Part shown: piece by piece, positions 36,974-46,728 of the stretch
Layout: each line of letters opens with the position of its first letter
Numbering within the stretch: position 1 is the first letter of the stretch
Assembly (NCBI GenBank): GCA_964433875.1
Contig: CAYSSO010000004.1
Location: forward strand, 22,233 to 86,232
Origin: an uncultured Mesoaciditoga sp.
GTDB lineage: Bacteria; Thermotogota; Thermotogae; Mesoaciditogales; Mesoaciditogaceae
DNA: 64,000 nt
Reading direction: 5' to 3'
Position numbers and translations under genes: made by a program
Notes under the pieces: model-generated
What the model was told of the DNA's origin: nothing
The model's database searches: none
Seen by the model: the letters and a program-made list of their open reading frames with translations, nothing else

Positions 36974-37183
36974 ATGATAAATCTAACACATCTTAGCGGT
37001 GAAAGTTTTGTTTTGAATGCTGAATACATAGAAACTGTTGAGGCAAAACCCGATACAGTTATAACTCTCTTCAACGGGAAGAAGTACCTTGTTAAAGAAC
37101 CCGTTGAAGAGGTTGTAAGGTTGGTGATAGAATACAAAAGAAAGATTGGAAGCATACTCGTTCTTCCGAAAGAAGGTGAATGA
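36974..37183 (+). CDS. flbD: flagellar protein FlbD
   Basis: 69 aa. MINLTHLSGESFVLNAEYIETVEAKPDTVITLFNGKKYLVKE is the FlbD pattern. It sits immediately upstream of motA. Confidence 0.85.
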   Translation: MINLTHLSGESFVLNAEYIETVEAKPDTVITLFNGKKYLVKEPVEEVVRLVIEYKRKIGSILVLPKEGE

Positions 37184-37186
37184 ATT

Positions 37187-37990
37187 TTGGATCTTGCAAG
37201 TTTTATAGGGGTAAGTCTGGCCCTTCTTGCCATCATGATAGGCATCGGAAGCGATTTAAGGCTTTTTATGGATATAACCTCTATCGCCATCGTTTTTGGA
37301 GGTACGCTCGGCTCTCTCTTTGTCGCTTACCCAATTGAAAGGGTTATGGATATATTCAAGGTTTTGATGGGAATCTTCTTTTACAAGCCTAACGATATGA
37401 ACAGCACGATCAGGGAACTCGTAACCTCATCTGAAAAGGCCAGAAGAGAGGGTTTACTCTCCCTCGAGCAAGACGTAGAAAAGATAGAGGATCCTTTCAT
37501 GAAGAAAGGTTTACAGATGGTCGTAGATGGAATAGACCCCGAACTTCTCAAATCCATGATGGAAACAGATCTCGATCTCAGAGAAGAAGAGGCTATGATG
37601 TACCGAAACATGTTTGCGTACGGGGCGACTGTCGCTCCTTCCTTTGGAATGGTCGGAACTATTATAGGTCTTGTCAAAATGCTTGGAAGCCTTAACGATC
37701 CTTCCACAGTTGGGCCTTCATTTGCCATCGCTTTGACTACTACCTTTATGGGGGCATTTTTGGCTTACGTTTTCTTCATGCCGATGGGTGAAAAACTCGC
37801 GAGACGTTTACAAATGGAGATGAGATACAGAAGAATGATTCTTGAAGGCATTCTCTCGATTCAGGCCGGAGACAATCCGAGAATTCTCGAAGAAAAATTA
37901 AAAGGATTTTTGAACGAAAAAGAACTCAAAGCCTACGAAAGTTCAGTTTCTCCTCAGGTTGCGGAGGGAGGTGCAACGGGTGGCTCGTAA
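37187..37990 (+). CDS. motA: flagellar stator protein MotA
   Basis: 4-TM MotA/TolQ/ExbB layout. GATVAPSFGMVGTIIGLVKML...ALTTTFMGAFLAY. TTG start. Confidence 0.9.
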   Translation: MDLASFIGVSLALLAIMIGIGSDLRLFMDITSIAIVFGGTLGSLFVAYPIERVMDIFKVLMGIFFYKPNDMNSTIRELVTSSEKARREGLLSLEQDVEKIEDPFMKKGLQMVVDGIDPELLKSMMETDLDLREEEAMMYRNMFAYGATVAPSFGMVGTIIGLVKMLGSLNDPSTVGPSFAIALTTTFMGAFLAYVFFMPMGEKLARRLQMEMRYRRMILEGILSIQAGDNPRILEEKLKGFLNEKELKAYESSVSPQVAEGGATGGS

Positions 37991-38852
37991 AAAGCCCGAA
38001 GAGTTCAAAGAGAGCGCTCCGCTTTGGATGATAACATTTTCGGATATGAATTCTTTGATGATGGGATTTTTTGTTACGTTATTTTCAATGGCAACGATAA
38101 GTCCGGGGAAATTTCAGCAGGTCTCTTATGGATTCCAAACAATAATGAGTTCTCCTCCGGGCATTCTCGTAGGCGGGAAAAGTATGAGTCAGGAGCCTCT
38201 TATAACCTCTAATCCGGGTATCAGACAATCTATAATCCAGATTCAGGCAAATCCAGAGTACAAAGGAATGATAACCATAGAGCAGACGAATGAAGGCCTG
38301 CTCGTTGAACTTCATGATGCCGCTTTTTTTGAGCCGGGATCGGCAAATCTTTCTGCTCTGGCAAAGAGCCTGCTTGCAAAGATAGGTGAGATAATAATAG
38401 AGCATTCGACGAATCCTTTGTGGGTTTACGGTTATACCTCTACCGAACCGCTGCCGAAGGATTCGATATATCCTTCCAGATGGGCCTTGAGTGCGGCGAG
38501 AGCCGCGGCAGTTGTGTCATTTTTTCTCAACGATTTGAAGAATAAAAGGGCCAATGAACTTGTCTCTGAGATTATGAGTGGACAATTCGATCCAAATTAT
38601 TGGTATAATCCTAATAGATTCGTTGCGATTGGAAGGGGAGATGTGCCTGCCGAGGACGCGATAAAATCGCAAACGTCTTCAATAAATCAGGAATTGGAGG
38701 CCCTTAGGCAGGAATACGCGGCAGGTCAGATCTCTTACGAAGAACTCGCGACAAAATCTAAAACCCTCAACGATGAGTTGAACAAAATGGTCCAAGAGAT
38801 AAATCTTTCTTACAACAGGGTCGATATTTTGATAAGAAATCAGGGTGATTGA
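37980..38852 (+). CDS. motB: flagellar stator protein MotB (OmpA-like peptidoglycan-binding domain with insertions)
   Basis: PLWMITFSDMNSLMMGFF (plug/TM with the conserved Asp). The OmpA-like part is RWALSAARAAAV...GRGD...NRVDILI. GTG 37980 is preceded by GGAGGGAGGTG and overlaps the motA end. Confidence 0.85.
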   Translation: MARKKPEEFKESAPLWMITFSDMNSLMMGFFVTLFSMATISPGKFQQVSYGFQTIMSSPPGILVGGKSMSQEPLITSNPGIRQSIIQIQANPEYKGMITIEQTNEGLLVELHDAAFFEPGSANLSALAKSLLAKIGEIIIEHSTNPLWVYGYTSTEPLPKDSIYPSRWALSAARAAAVVSFFLNDLKNKRANELVSEIMSGQFDPNYWYNPNRFVAIGRGDVPAEDAIKSQTSSINQELEALRQEYAAGQISYEELATKSKTLNDELNKMVQEINLSYNRVDILIRNQGD

Positions 38853-39332
38853 ATGGCAGAAGAGAAGAAAAAATCCGGTCTTATGGTTATTCTGATAGCC
38901 GTTGTTTTATCGGCGGGTATTTCTATGGCCGGTACCTTTATAATAGTCAAATATCTTAACGCTCCTCCTGCCCAGCAAAAGGTAACGAGTCAACTTTCAA
39001 GAACGATGGCAATTTTAATAAGATCGGGATCTAATCAAACCTTCCCTTTGCGTGGTGGAAATCAGGTGCTCGTAGTTGATAGTTTGACATTTTTAGTCGG
39101 AAGTGCCCAGTGCAGCCAGGAAATAGGAATAGACACCCCACAGATAATGGATGGCATTCAGATGCTTATCCTTTCAAAGAGCGCGAATGAGATTTTAAAT
39201 CCAGATGGTTTTCAGACTTTAAAACAACAGATAGCCGATTTGGTCGATCAAATAACGGGCTACACCGGAGATAAGGCGCCTTTGGGAGTCCTACAGGTTT
39301 ACATGTACATAAAGGCAGTTGCATCGACGTGA
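38853..39332 (+). CDS. fliL: flagellar basal-body-associated protein FliL
   Basis: 159 aa with a single N-terminal TM helix and a FliL-like periplasmic part. It occupies the canonical position between motB and fliM. Confidence 0.7.
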   Translation: MAEEKKKSGLMVILIAVVLSAGISMAGTFIIVKYLNAPPAQQKVTSQLSRTMAILIRSGSNQTFPLRGGNQVLVVDSLTFLVGSAQCSQEIGIDTPQIMDGIQMLILSKSANEILNPDGFQTLKQQIADLVDQITGYTGDKAPLGVLQVYMYIKAVAST

Positions 39333-39336
39333 TACT

Positions 39337-40332
39337 ATGGCTGATATCTTAAGTCAAAATGAGGTTGATACCTTACTCAAGGCACTTGCGGCCGGCGATC
39401 TTTCGGCCGAAGAGGTAAAGGTAGAAGAGACAAAAAAGGTAAAACCTTACGATTTCACGAGACCAAGCAAGTTTTCCAAAGAACAGATAAGAACCATTGA
39501 AATGGTTCATGAAAGTTTTGCGCGCGGTGTTTCAAATTATTTTTCAGCGCGCCTTAGATCTTTCGTCGATATAAGCAAGGCCTCAACAGATCAGATAACG
39601 TACAATGAATTCATAAGGTCCATATCTTCGCCAAGTTTTCTATTTGTCTTTACGGCCGAGGAATTAAATGGAAATGTCGTTATAGAGATAAATTTGAAGG
39701 TTATCTTTTCAATAATAGATAAACTTCTCGGGGGCGGAGGAGGCCTTTACCAAAAGACAAGGCCTTTGACAGAGATAGAGAATTCTTTGATGAGAAATGA
39801 GATCGTGAGAATTCTTTCAATACTCAAAGATTCCTGGTCAAGTATTTACTCTTTTACGCCAACACTCGTTTCGATAGAAAATAATCCACAATTCGTTCAG
39901 GTTGTTCCTGCCAATGAAATGGTTGTAGTTGTGACTTTGGATATGAAGATAGGCGAGATAGAAGGATTTATGAATGTGTGCTGGCCATCTTCTCTTTTGG
40001 AAATGATAGCGCCAAAATTGTACGCGGAATCCTATTTTAAACAGGAAAAACAGGTTAAACCTGGCCAATTAAGAGAAGATATAATCTCGCTGCTTAACAA
40101 TGCAAAACTTAATTTGCACGTTGTGATCGGCAAGACGACCATAAGCCTTTCAGATCTTTTGAACCTCGAGGTTAGAGATGTTATAATGCTTCAAAGGCAC
40201 ATAGATGAACCTGCCTCCCTTTATGTCAATGGAAAGGAAAAATTTCTTTGTTCTGTTGGGACTCATAAAGGATTTAACGCTGTCCGAATCACCGAGGTTT
40301 TAAACAAGGAGATAGATGAAAATGGCGGATAA
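39337..40332 (+). CDS. fliM: flagellar motor switch protein FliM
   Basis: N-terminal CheY-P-binding peptide ADILSQNEVDTLL, then a CheC-like middle domain with the GGGG loop (LLGGGGGL) and a SpoA-like C-terminus. Confidence 0.9.
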   Translation: MADILSQNEVDTLLKALAAGDLSAEEVKVEETKKVKPYDFTRPSKFSKEQIRTIEMVHESFARGVSNYFSARLRSFVDISKASTDQITYNEFIRSISSPSFLFVFTAEELNGNVVIEINLKVIFSIIDKLLGGGGGLYQKTRPLTEIENSLMRNEIVRILSILKDSWSSIYSFTPTLVSIENNPQFVQVVPANEMVVVVTLDMKIGEIEGFMNVCWPSSLLEMIAPKLYAESYFKQEKQVKPGQLREDIISLLNNAKLNLHVVIGKTTISLSDLLNLEVRDVIMLQRHIDEPASLYVNGKEKFLCSVGTHKGFNAVRITEVLNKEIDENGG

Positions 40333-41368
40333 AATGTCTCAGGAAGAGATAGATTCTTTGCTTAAAGGTTCAAAGTCGATTCTTACAGAGTTAGAAAAAG
40401 ATGCTATAGGAGAACTTGGTAATATATCGATGGGTGCGGCTGCGACCGCTATTTCGACGATCGTCGGAAAAAAAGTCGAAATAACGACCCCGGAAGTTTA
40501 TGAAACTACCATAGATGATTTCAAAAAACTTTTTAAAGGCATGAAGATCGCAACAAGCATTGATTACTTAAAGGCACTCGAAGGGACGAATGTTTTTGTT
40601 CTTGAGCCGCACGTTGTCGCCGTCATTGCTGATATAATGATGGGAGGAACCGGGCAGGACGTAAAGGATGAACTCGATGATATAAAGTTAAGTGCCATTG
40701 CCGAAGCGATGAATCAAATGATGGGATCTGCGGCAACCTCACTTTCGGAGATTGTCAAGGAGCCGGTCGAGATCTCTCCTCCAAAGATAGAAAAACTCGA
40801 TTTCACAGATCCGAATGTAAAATTTCCTCCCGTATACGATGGTCAAGACGTCGTTGCGGTCAAATTTAAAATGAAGGTAAACAATCTCGTTGAAGGCTCT
40901 TTGATCGAATTAATGTCTCCATCATTCGCAAAGAACTTCTCCAAATTTCTCATCGGAGAGGTTGGAAAAAGCAACATGACGAAAGATGAGGAGAAGCCAA
41001 AGGTTGAAAGGTCTGAAGGTGCAACTGAAAAGGTTGATAAACCTGAAAAAACAGTGAAAAAGGTTGAATTTCAAGAATTCACAGATGAAAAAGATGTGCA
41101 GGTTCAGCCACAAAAGATAGAATTGCTTCTTGATATACCGCTTGAACTTTCAGTCGAACTTGGAAGAACCACGATGAGCCTCAAACAGGTGCTCGAACTG
41201 GGAGTTGGATCTCTTGTAGAACTCGATAAACTTACCGGCGAGCCTGTAGATATCCTTGTAAATGGGAAACAAATAGCCAAAGGGGAAGTCGTTGTGGTAG
41301 GCGAAAACTTTGGTGTTAAGATTACCCAGATACTTAACAAGAAAGAAAGGCTTTATTCTCTAAAGTGA
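40316..41368 (+). CDS. fliY: flagellar motor switch phosphatase FliY (CheC-like + FliN domains)
   Basis: Contains MSQEEIDSLLKG. Two intact CheC-type motifs D/S-x3-E-x2-N-x22-P (DAIGELGN...TTP and SAIAEAMN...SPP). FliN/SpoA C-terminus LLLDIPLELSVELGRT...VDILVNGKQIAKGEVVVV. The start could be 40316, 40322 or 40334. Confidence 0.85.
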   Translation: MKMADKMSQEEIDSLLKGSKSILTELEKDAIGELGNISMGAAATAISTIVGKKVEITTPEVYETTIDDFKKLFKGMKIATSIDYLKALEGTNVFVLEPHVVAVIADIMMGGTGQDVKDELDDIKLSAIAEAMNQMMGSAATSLSEIVKEPVEISPPKIEKLDFTDPNVKFPPVYDGQDVVAVKFKMKVNNLVEGSLIELMSPSFAKNFSKFLIGEVGKSNMTKDEEKPKVERSEGATEKVDKPEKTVKKVEFQEFTDEKDVQVQPQKIELLLDIPLELSVELGRTTMSLKQVLELGVGSLVELDKLTGEPVDILVNGKQIAKGEVVVVGENFGVKITQILNKKERLYSLK

Positions 41369-42150
41369 AGCGCGTTTTGATCTTTGATCTTGACGGAACC
41401 ATCTTTGTTAATTCTAAAATCTCAAAGGAATTAAGAGATGCGATAGATGAACTTTCTAAGTCAAAGATCATGATATTTGCCTCTGGAAGAATGCTCTCCT
41501 CGATGGAAATTCTTTTAGACAGTTACGGTTTATCTGGAATAGAAATAGCTTACAATGGAGCCCTCATACGTTACGATGAACTATACAAATTTTGCCTTGA
41601 TTATGAAAATTCATCTAAGGTAATAGACTTCCTAAGGATTAATGATATCCACCGTCAAATATACGTTGATGATGTGCTCTACGTTGAGGAAGACAACGAA
41701 TTTGCAAAGGCCTATTCAGATCAATCTGGAATAGGATATAATGTCATCTCCGATCTTAAAGAGATCGCAAAAAAAGGATGCATTTACAAGATATTAGCCT
41801 TCGGCCTTCCAGAAAAGATCAGATCCTTAAGGCAAAGTGCGAAAGACATATCTAAGGATATAGATGTTTTTACCTCTTCAGAACTTTACCTTGAATTTGT
41901 TAAAAAAGGCATCAACAAAAGAGCCGCGGTTGAATTTTTAGCGCAAAAAATAGGTTTCTCGCTCGATGAGGCGATCGCTTTTGGAGACGGAGAAAATGAC
42001 GCCGAACTTCTCAAAAGTGTAGGTATAAGTTTTGCGATGAGGCCTGGAAATGAAAAAAGTTTGGAGAGCGCGAAGTACATAACGGACAATGAGGACGGAA
42101 AGGGTGTTTTGAGGGCTATAGATTTTCTTAAAACTATGGGGGAGATATGA
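41365..42150 (+). CDS. Cof-type HAD-IIB phosphatase
   Basis: FDLDGTIF at the N-terminus and FGDGENDAELL near the C-terminus. The GTG start overlaps the fliY stop by 4 nt. Confidence 0.8.
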   Translation: MKRVLIFDLDGTIFVNSKISKELRDAIDELSKSKIMIFASGRMLSSMEILLDSYGLSGIEIAYNGALIRYDELYKFCLDYENSSKVIDFLRINDIHRQIYVDDVLYVEEDNEFAKAYSDQSGIGYNVISDLKEIAKKGCIYKILAFGLPEKIRSLRQSAKDISKDIDVFTSSELYLEFVKKGINKRAAVEFLAQKIGFSLDEAIAFGDGENDAELLKSVGISFAMRPGNEKSLESAKYITDNEDGKGVLRAIDFLKTMGEI

Positions 42151-42416
42151 TAATATCGAGGATATACATCGTAAAGGGATACGTTCAGGGTGTCGGCTTT
42201 AGGTCCTTTGTCCGCGCCCGGGCAAAGGCTTTGGGCATTAAGGGATACGTTGAAAATCTCGATGATGGCTCTGTAAGGGTTGTGGCAGAGGGCGAGGAGG
42301 AAAGTTTGAAAGTTCTTGAGGGACATTTAAGAGATGGAAATGCCTTTTCGAATGTTGAATCCGTTGATGTTGAAGAGACTCCTGTAAAAGGGTACAAAGA
42401 TTTTGAGGTGTTTTGA
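42147..42416 (+). CDS. acyP: acylphosphatase
   Basis: 89 aa. VKGYVQGVGFRSFVRARAKALGIKGYVENLDDGSVRVVAEGEE. Confidence 0.9.
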   Translation: MIISRIYIVKGYVQGVGFRSFVRARAKALGIKGYVENLDDGSVRVVAEGEEESLKVLEGHLRDGNAFSNVESVDVEETPVKGYKDFEVF

Positions 42417-42874
42417 TGAGAGCATTTAGAACCTTTGTTAACTTCTTTGCCGGAGAGGTCGAAATTTTTTTGGGAGGATATATACTCATAATCTTTCTGA
42501 CTATCATCTCTATGTCCCTTTCTATGAATCAATTCTTCGGGATGAATCTGTATCTTTCAAGATTCTTTGTCACTATTTTTGTATCGATGATCGTTGGCGG
42601 AATAGCGATTCAAATATCGGCAGTTAAAAGAATTTCGGATGGTTATGGAGGATACCTTTATTCTTCTATTGCAACCATATCGAATTCCGTTGCTGTTTTT
42701 TTTGAAACGATCGAGATGATTATGTACGGAACCAACTGGTTTGAATTTGAACTTTTGAGAGTGCAAAGCGATAATTCATTGATGTATTTCATGGGATTTC
42801 TGGTATTTTTGTATTCCGGATTGATGACGATACTTTCAATACTCGATCTCATCTTTATAGTGAATAAGTCATGA
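42413..42874 (+). CDS. hypothetical integral membrane protein
   Basis: 153 aa with 4 hydrophobic helices and no motif I recognise. 4-nt overlaps on both sides. Confidence 0.5.
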   Translation: MMRAFRTFVNFFAGEVEIFLGGYILIIFLTIISMSLSMNQFFGMNLYLSRFFVTIFVSMIVGGIAIQISAVKRISDGYGGYLYSSIATISNSVAVFFETIEMIMYGTNWFEFELLRVQSDNSLMYFMGFLVFLYSGLMTILSILDLIFIVNKS

Positions 42875-44085
42875 AAGTGCTCGGAATAATAGTCGAATAC
42901 AATCCTTTCCACAACGGCCACCTTTATCATTTAAAAAGCGCAATCGAACTTGTCAGGCCGGATTTCGTGGTGGCAGTTATGAGCGGAAATTTCGTTCAAA
43001 GGGGAGAGCCGGCCATCGTTGATAAATTTGCCCGGACCGAGATGGCTTTGCGTGCCGGAATAGACGCTGTTTTTGAAATTCCTTCCATTTACGCTTTTCA
43101 AGATGCAAATGGCTTTGCAATTGGATCCGTTGGACTGCTTAATTCGATGAATGTCATAGACGATCTTGTCTTCGGTTCTGAAAGCAACGATGTCGAAAGT
43201 ATCTCTGAAATTGCTTCCGTGATAGTTGAGGAGCCAGAAAAATTCAAGGAGGAACTTAAAAAACATCTAAAAAAAGGGTTTTCCTTTCCAAATGCGAGAA
43301 GGTTCGCAATGTCGAGCATATTGGAAGACAAATCCGATAACATGAGGTATTCTAACAACATACTAGGTATAGAGTACTTAGTCGCCCTCAAAAAATTGAG
43401 ATCGCGCATAAAGCCTCACACGATAAAGAGGATAGGATCGAATTACAACGATGAAAAGATGTCGGAAGTTCCAAGCGCGACGGCCATAAGAAGGGCGATA
43501 TTTCAAAATTCCCAACTTCAAGGTCTTCCTGATTTTTCGCTCGAGATCCTTAGACGCGAGTTAGAAGAAGGGCGGGGGCCTGTTTTCCTTGAGGATCTCT
43601 TTGATTTTTTCAGAAAAAAGGTTTTTATCCTCGAAAGAGAAGGCCTTGAAAGAATTTACGGCTTTAACGAAGGCCTTGCGGAAAGGTTTTTCGCCTCGGC
43701 TAAAAGCAAAAATCTAAAAGAATTCCTTGAGTCCGTCAAGACAAAGAGATTTACATTTACAAGAATAAAAAGAAGAATTATATACACTATCTTCGATGTT
43801 GAAAGAGAAATCGTTCTCAGATCTAACGATCATGGACCGCAATATCTAAGGCTTTTGGGATTCAGACAGAGATCGAGAGAGATATTGCGCGCCATATCTG
43901 ACAGATCATCGATTCCCGTGATTTCAAATATGTCCGGATTCAAAAATGCGCTTAAATCTAAAGGAATCGACGTAGCCCTTGCTCAGGATCAGATGAGATA
44001 CGATCTTAAAGTTTCTAATTTTTACAGGCTTTACTTTAAATCACAGAATTTTGAAAGCGACTTCAGAAAACCAATTATGATATGA
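42871..44085 (+). CDS. tmcAL: tRNA(Met) cytidine acetate ligase TmcAL (YlbM/UPF0348 nucleotidyltransferase)
   Basis: MKVLGIIVEYNPFHNGHLYHLKSA (HxGH nucleotidyltransferase start typical of YlbM/TmcAL). 404 aa. Confidence 0.75.
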   Translation: MKVLGIIVEYNPFHNGHLYHLKSAIELVRPDFVVAVMSGNFVQRGEPAIVDKFARTEMALRAGIDAVFEIPSIYAFQDANGFAIGSVGLLNSMNVIDDLVFGSESNDVESISEIASVIVEEPEKFKEELKKHLKKGFSFPNARRFAMSSILEDKSDNMRYSNNILGIEYLVALKKLRSRIKPHTIKRIGSNYNDEKMSEVPSATAIRRAIFQNSQLQGLPDFSLEILRRELEEGRGPVFLEDLFDFFRKKVFILEREGLERIYGFNEGLAERFFASAKSKNLKEFLESVKTKRFTFTRIKRRIIYTIFDVEREIVLRSNDHGPQYLRLLGFRQRSREILRAISDRSSIPVISNMSGFKNALKSKGIDVALAQDQMRYDLKVSNFYRLYFKSQNFESDFRKPIMI

Positions 44086-44687
44086 AAGATGGCTTTGAAT
44101 ATTTCATTTCAATCGAATGGAACAGAACGGAAGAAAAGATCGATAGATCGCTTTTTATATCGACCGCATCTTACGTGGAAGATGAAGAGACGGCCAAGGC
44201 ATTTATCTCCAAAGTCTCTCAAGAATTCAAAGATGCCACTCACAATTGCTGGGCGTACAGGATAGGGAATTTGCAATTTTATTCCGATGGCGGAGAGCCT
44301 TATAACAGTGCCGGAAGGCCTATAATGGATGCGATAAGATCGTCTGACATTGAGAGAGTATCCGTCGTAGTTTCACGGTACTTTGGCGGTAAAAAACTCG
44401 GAATAAGGGGACTGATAGAAACATACAATCACATGGCAAAGAAAGTCCTTGAATCTGCCGCAAAGAAGAGAATTTTAATCGGTAAAGTTTTAGAGATAAA
44501 ATGCGCGTATTCTGAATTCGACAGGATAAGGTATTTTGTACAAAAGCACGGATATATCATTTCTCCCGTTGATTTTAAGGAATTTGTGACGATAAAGGCC
44601 TTTATTCCTTCAAATTTACCGATGAACTTTGAGTGTAAAGACTTTGGAGAAAGGGCTATTGAAGAAGAAAAACTGATCGAATTGTGA
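44082..44687 (+). CDS. yigZ: YigZ / IMPACT-family protein (UPF0029)
   Basis: SKVSQEFKDATHNCWAYRIG...DGGEP...AGRPIMDAI...VVVSRYFGGKKLG. Confidence 0.8.
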   Translation: MKDGFEYFISIEWNRTEEKIDRSLFISTASYVEDEETAKAFISKVSQEFKDATHNCWAYRIGNLQFYSDGGEPYNSAGRPIMDAIRSSDIERVSVVVSRYFGGKKLGIRGLIETYNHMAKKVLESAAKKRILIGKVLEIKCAYSEFDRIRYFVQKHGYIISPVDFKEFVTIKAFIPSNLPMNFECKDFGERAIEEEKLIEL

Positions 44688-44741
44688 ATAATTATGATAA
44701 AATTTGAATATAGCCCACATCTGTGCATAAGGAGGATAGAA

Positions 44742-46700
44742 ATGAAAAATTTGAAATTCACCTCAAAGTTCATGATCTTTGTCGTGCTTGTGACCGTCAT
44801 ACCGGTGGCGATACTTATTGTCTACTCGGCCCTTTCAATGTACAATAATCTAAGTGGCGAAATCAAGAATGGCCTTTCGACATCGACACAAAACCTTGCC
44901 GACTACGTAAACCTTTACATTTCGAATTATTCAAATGTTTTAAATTACCTTTCAAATGATCCAAATGTAAAAGGGGTCTACACAAACAAAAATCAAGAAG
45001 ATGTATGGATGCTAAAGACCTTTGACTCTTTTAGAAGTACCTATCCCGAAATAAATGGGATATTCGTCATTTTGAAAAATGGAAAGATCTATGCCTCTCC
45101 GTCGAATTTTCAGGTAACAACGGGAGATTGGTACAATTCAACGCTTAATTCGACTGGAATCTACACGAATTTGGTAACAGACGCAAAATCTCACAAGACC
45201 CAGATACTTGTCGCGAAGGCTATAACCGAAAACGGGAACGTTACGGGCGTTGTTGGCTTTTATTTAAATCCCGTCCAACTCGAAAGTTATATATCCAATT
45301 ACAAGTACAACGGCAAAAATGCAGAGATATGGATTGAAAATAACGGAATCATAAACTTCGCCTCCCAATCTCAAGACATCGGAATGAACGTTACAAATCA
45401 ATCGTGGTTTTCATCGCTAAGTTCGATATCAGGAAGTTTTAACTTTAATGAGGATGGAACTTTGAAAATTGCTCACCTTTCCACGACAGGCATCGGAAAG
45501 ATCCTTCTTATGATGCCGGTAAGTGAGATGACCGGTACAGTTGTCGTTGAAGTGATAACGCTTATTGTAATAGGGCTTATAATCATCGTTTTGGCCTTTA
45601 TTGCGGGAATTTTCATCTCAAGATATGCCTTCACAAAACCTGTCAAGGATCTAATACCCGTAATTCAAAGTATCTCAGATGGGAATCTTTCTGCCGAATT
45701 CAAGGTTAAAGGAAAGGACGAGGTAGCCCAGATCCAAAATGAGTTGAACAAGGTATTCAAAATACTCAAAGAAGCCATGACAAAGATAGAAAACGCGGCT
45801 CAAAGGGTCTCAAATAGCGCCGTGAATTTGTCCTCCTCTGCAGAAAATATCTCTTCTACCCTTGAAAATCTTTCTGGCACCGTCAAAGAGATGAACTCGG
45901 ATACTCAAAACCTCTCTGCCTCTATCGAGGAGACCTCTGCCTCTGTCGAAGAGGTTTCATCGGCAGCCCAAAACACTGCAAAGGCTATCCAGGAGATAGC
46001 GGAACAATCCCAGCAGATCTCTGTCGGGGCCGAGAATGGTAGCAGGGCCATAGCAAACATGAAAAAAGATTTCGCCGATATAGTTAACGTGAGCCAGGAA
46101 AGCGCCGAGAGCGTTAAATCTCTTGCCGAGATGAGCGGCAACATAAGCCAGATCGTTAACGAGATAAACAAAATAGCCGAACAGACCAATTTGCTCGCTT
46201 TGAATGCCGCCATAGAGGCCGCAAGGGCTGGAGACGCGGGCAAAGGCTTTGCCGTGGTGGCTGACGAGATAAGAAAACTTGCCGAGAGTTCTAAGAGTTC
46301 TACGCAGCGCATCTCTCAAATTCTCGAAGAGATCATGGCAAAATCTTCTCAGGTATCAGATGAGACGAATAAGACTCTCGAATCGATAGAGAGGACATCA
46401 AAGGGCATAGATGAGGTTTCAATGGAATTGACAAAGATACTCGATCAGGTAAAAGGCATTACAGAAAGAATAGAATCTGTCGCGGCCGCTTCCCAAGAGG
46501 AAAGTGCCAGCGCCGAAGAGATGGCGAGTGCCATGGATATGGCAACAAAGGCTGTATCAAACATAGCATCAAAGATGGAAGGCATAACAAGAAGCATTTC
46601 CTCTACGTCTTCCCAATCGCAGGAAAATCTTAAACTCGTCGAAGACCTTAGAAAACTTTCTGAGGAGTTAGAAGAGATTTTAAAGAAATTCAAAGTATGA
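44742..46700 (+). CDS. methyl-accepting chemotaxis protein (Cache-like sensor, HAMP, MA domain)
   Basis: ATG preceded by AGGAGG. TM helix, a periplasmic domain of about 250 aa, a second TM helix, then HAMP. Signalling hairpin [36 protein letters not shown]. Confidence 0.9.
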   Translation: MKNLKFTSKFMIFVVLVTVIPVAILIVYSALSMYNNLSGEIKNGLSTSTQNLADYVNLYISNYSNVLNYLSNDPNVKGVYTNKNQEDVWMLKTFDSFRSTYPEINGIFVILKNGKIYASPSNFQVTTGDWYNSTLNSTGIYTNLVTDAKSHKTQILVAKAITENGNVTGVVGFYLNPVQLESYISNYKYNGKNAEIWIENNGIINFASQSQDIGMNVTNQSWFSSLSSISGSFNFNEDGTLKIAHLSTTGIGKILLMMPVSEMTGTVVVEVITLIVIGLIIIVLAFIAGIFISRYAFTKPVKDLIPVIQSISDGNLSAEFKVKGKDEVAQIQNELNKVFKILKEAMTKIENAAQRVSNSAVNLSSSAENISSTLENLSGTVKEMNSDTQNLSASIEETSASVEEVSSAAQNTAKAIQEIAEQSQQISVGAENGSRAIANMKKDFADIVNVSQESAESVKSLAEMSGNISQIVNEINKIAEQTNLLALNAAIEAARAGDAGKGFAVVADEIRKLAESSKSSTQRISQILEEIMAKSSQVSDETNKTLESIERTSKGIDEVSMELTKILDQVKGITERIESVAAASQEESASAEEMASAMDMATKAVSNIASKMEGITRSISSTSSQSQENLKLVEDLRKLSEELEEILKKFKV

Positions 46701-46725
46701 AAAAGGCCCCGTATGGGGCCTTTTT
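46701..46725. terminator. bidirectional Rho-independent terminator (mcp / murG convergent)
   Basis: AAAAGGCCCC-GTAT-GGGGCCTTTTT: an A-run, a 6-bp GC stem, then a T-run. Confidence 0.85.
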
Positions 46726-46728
46726 GAT

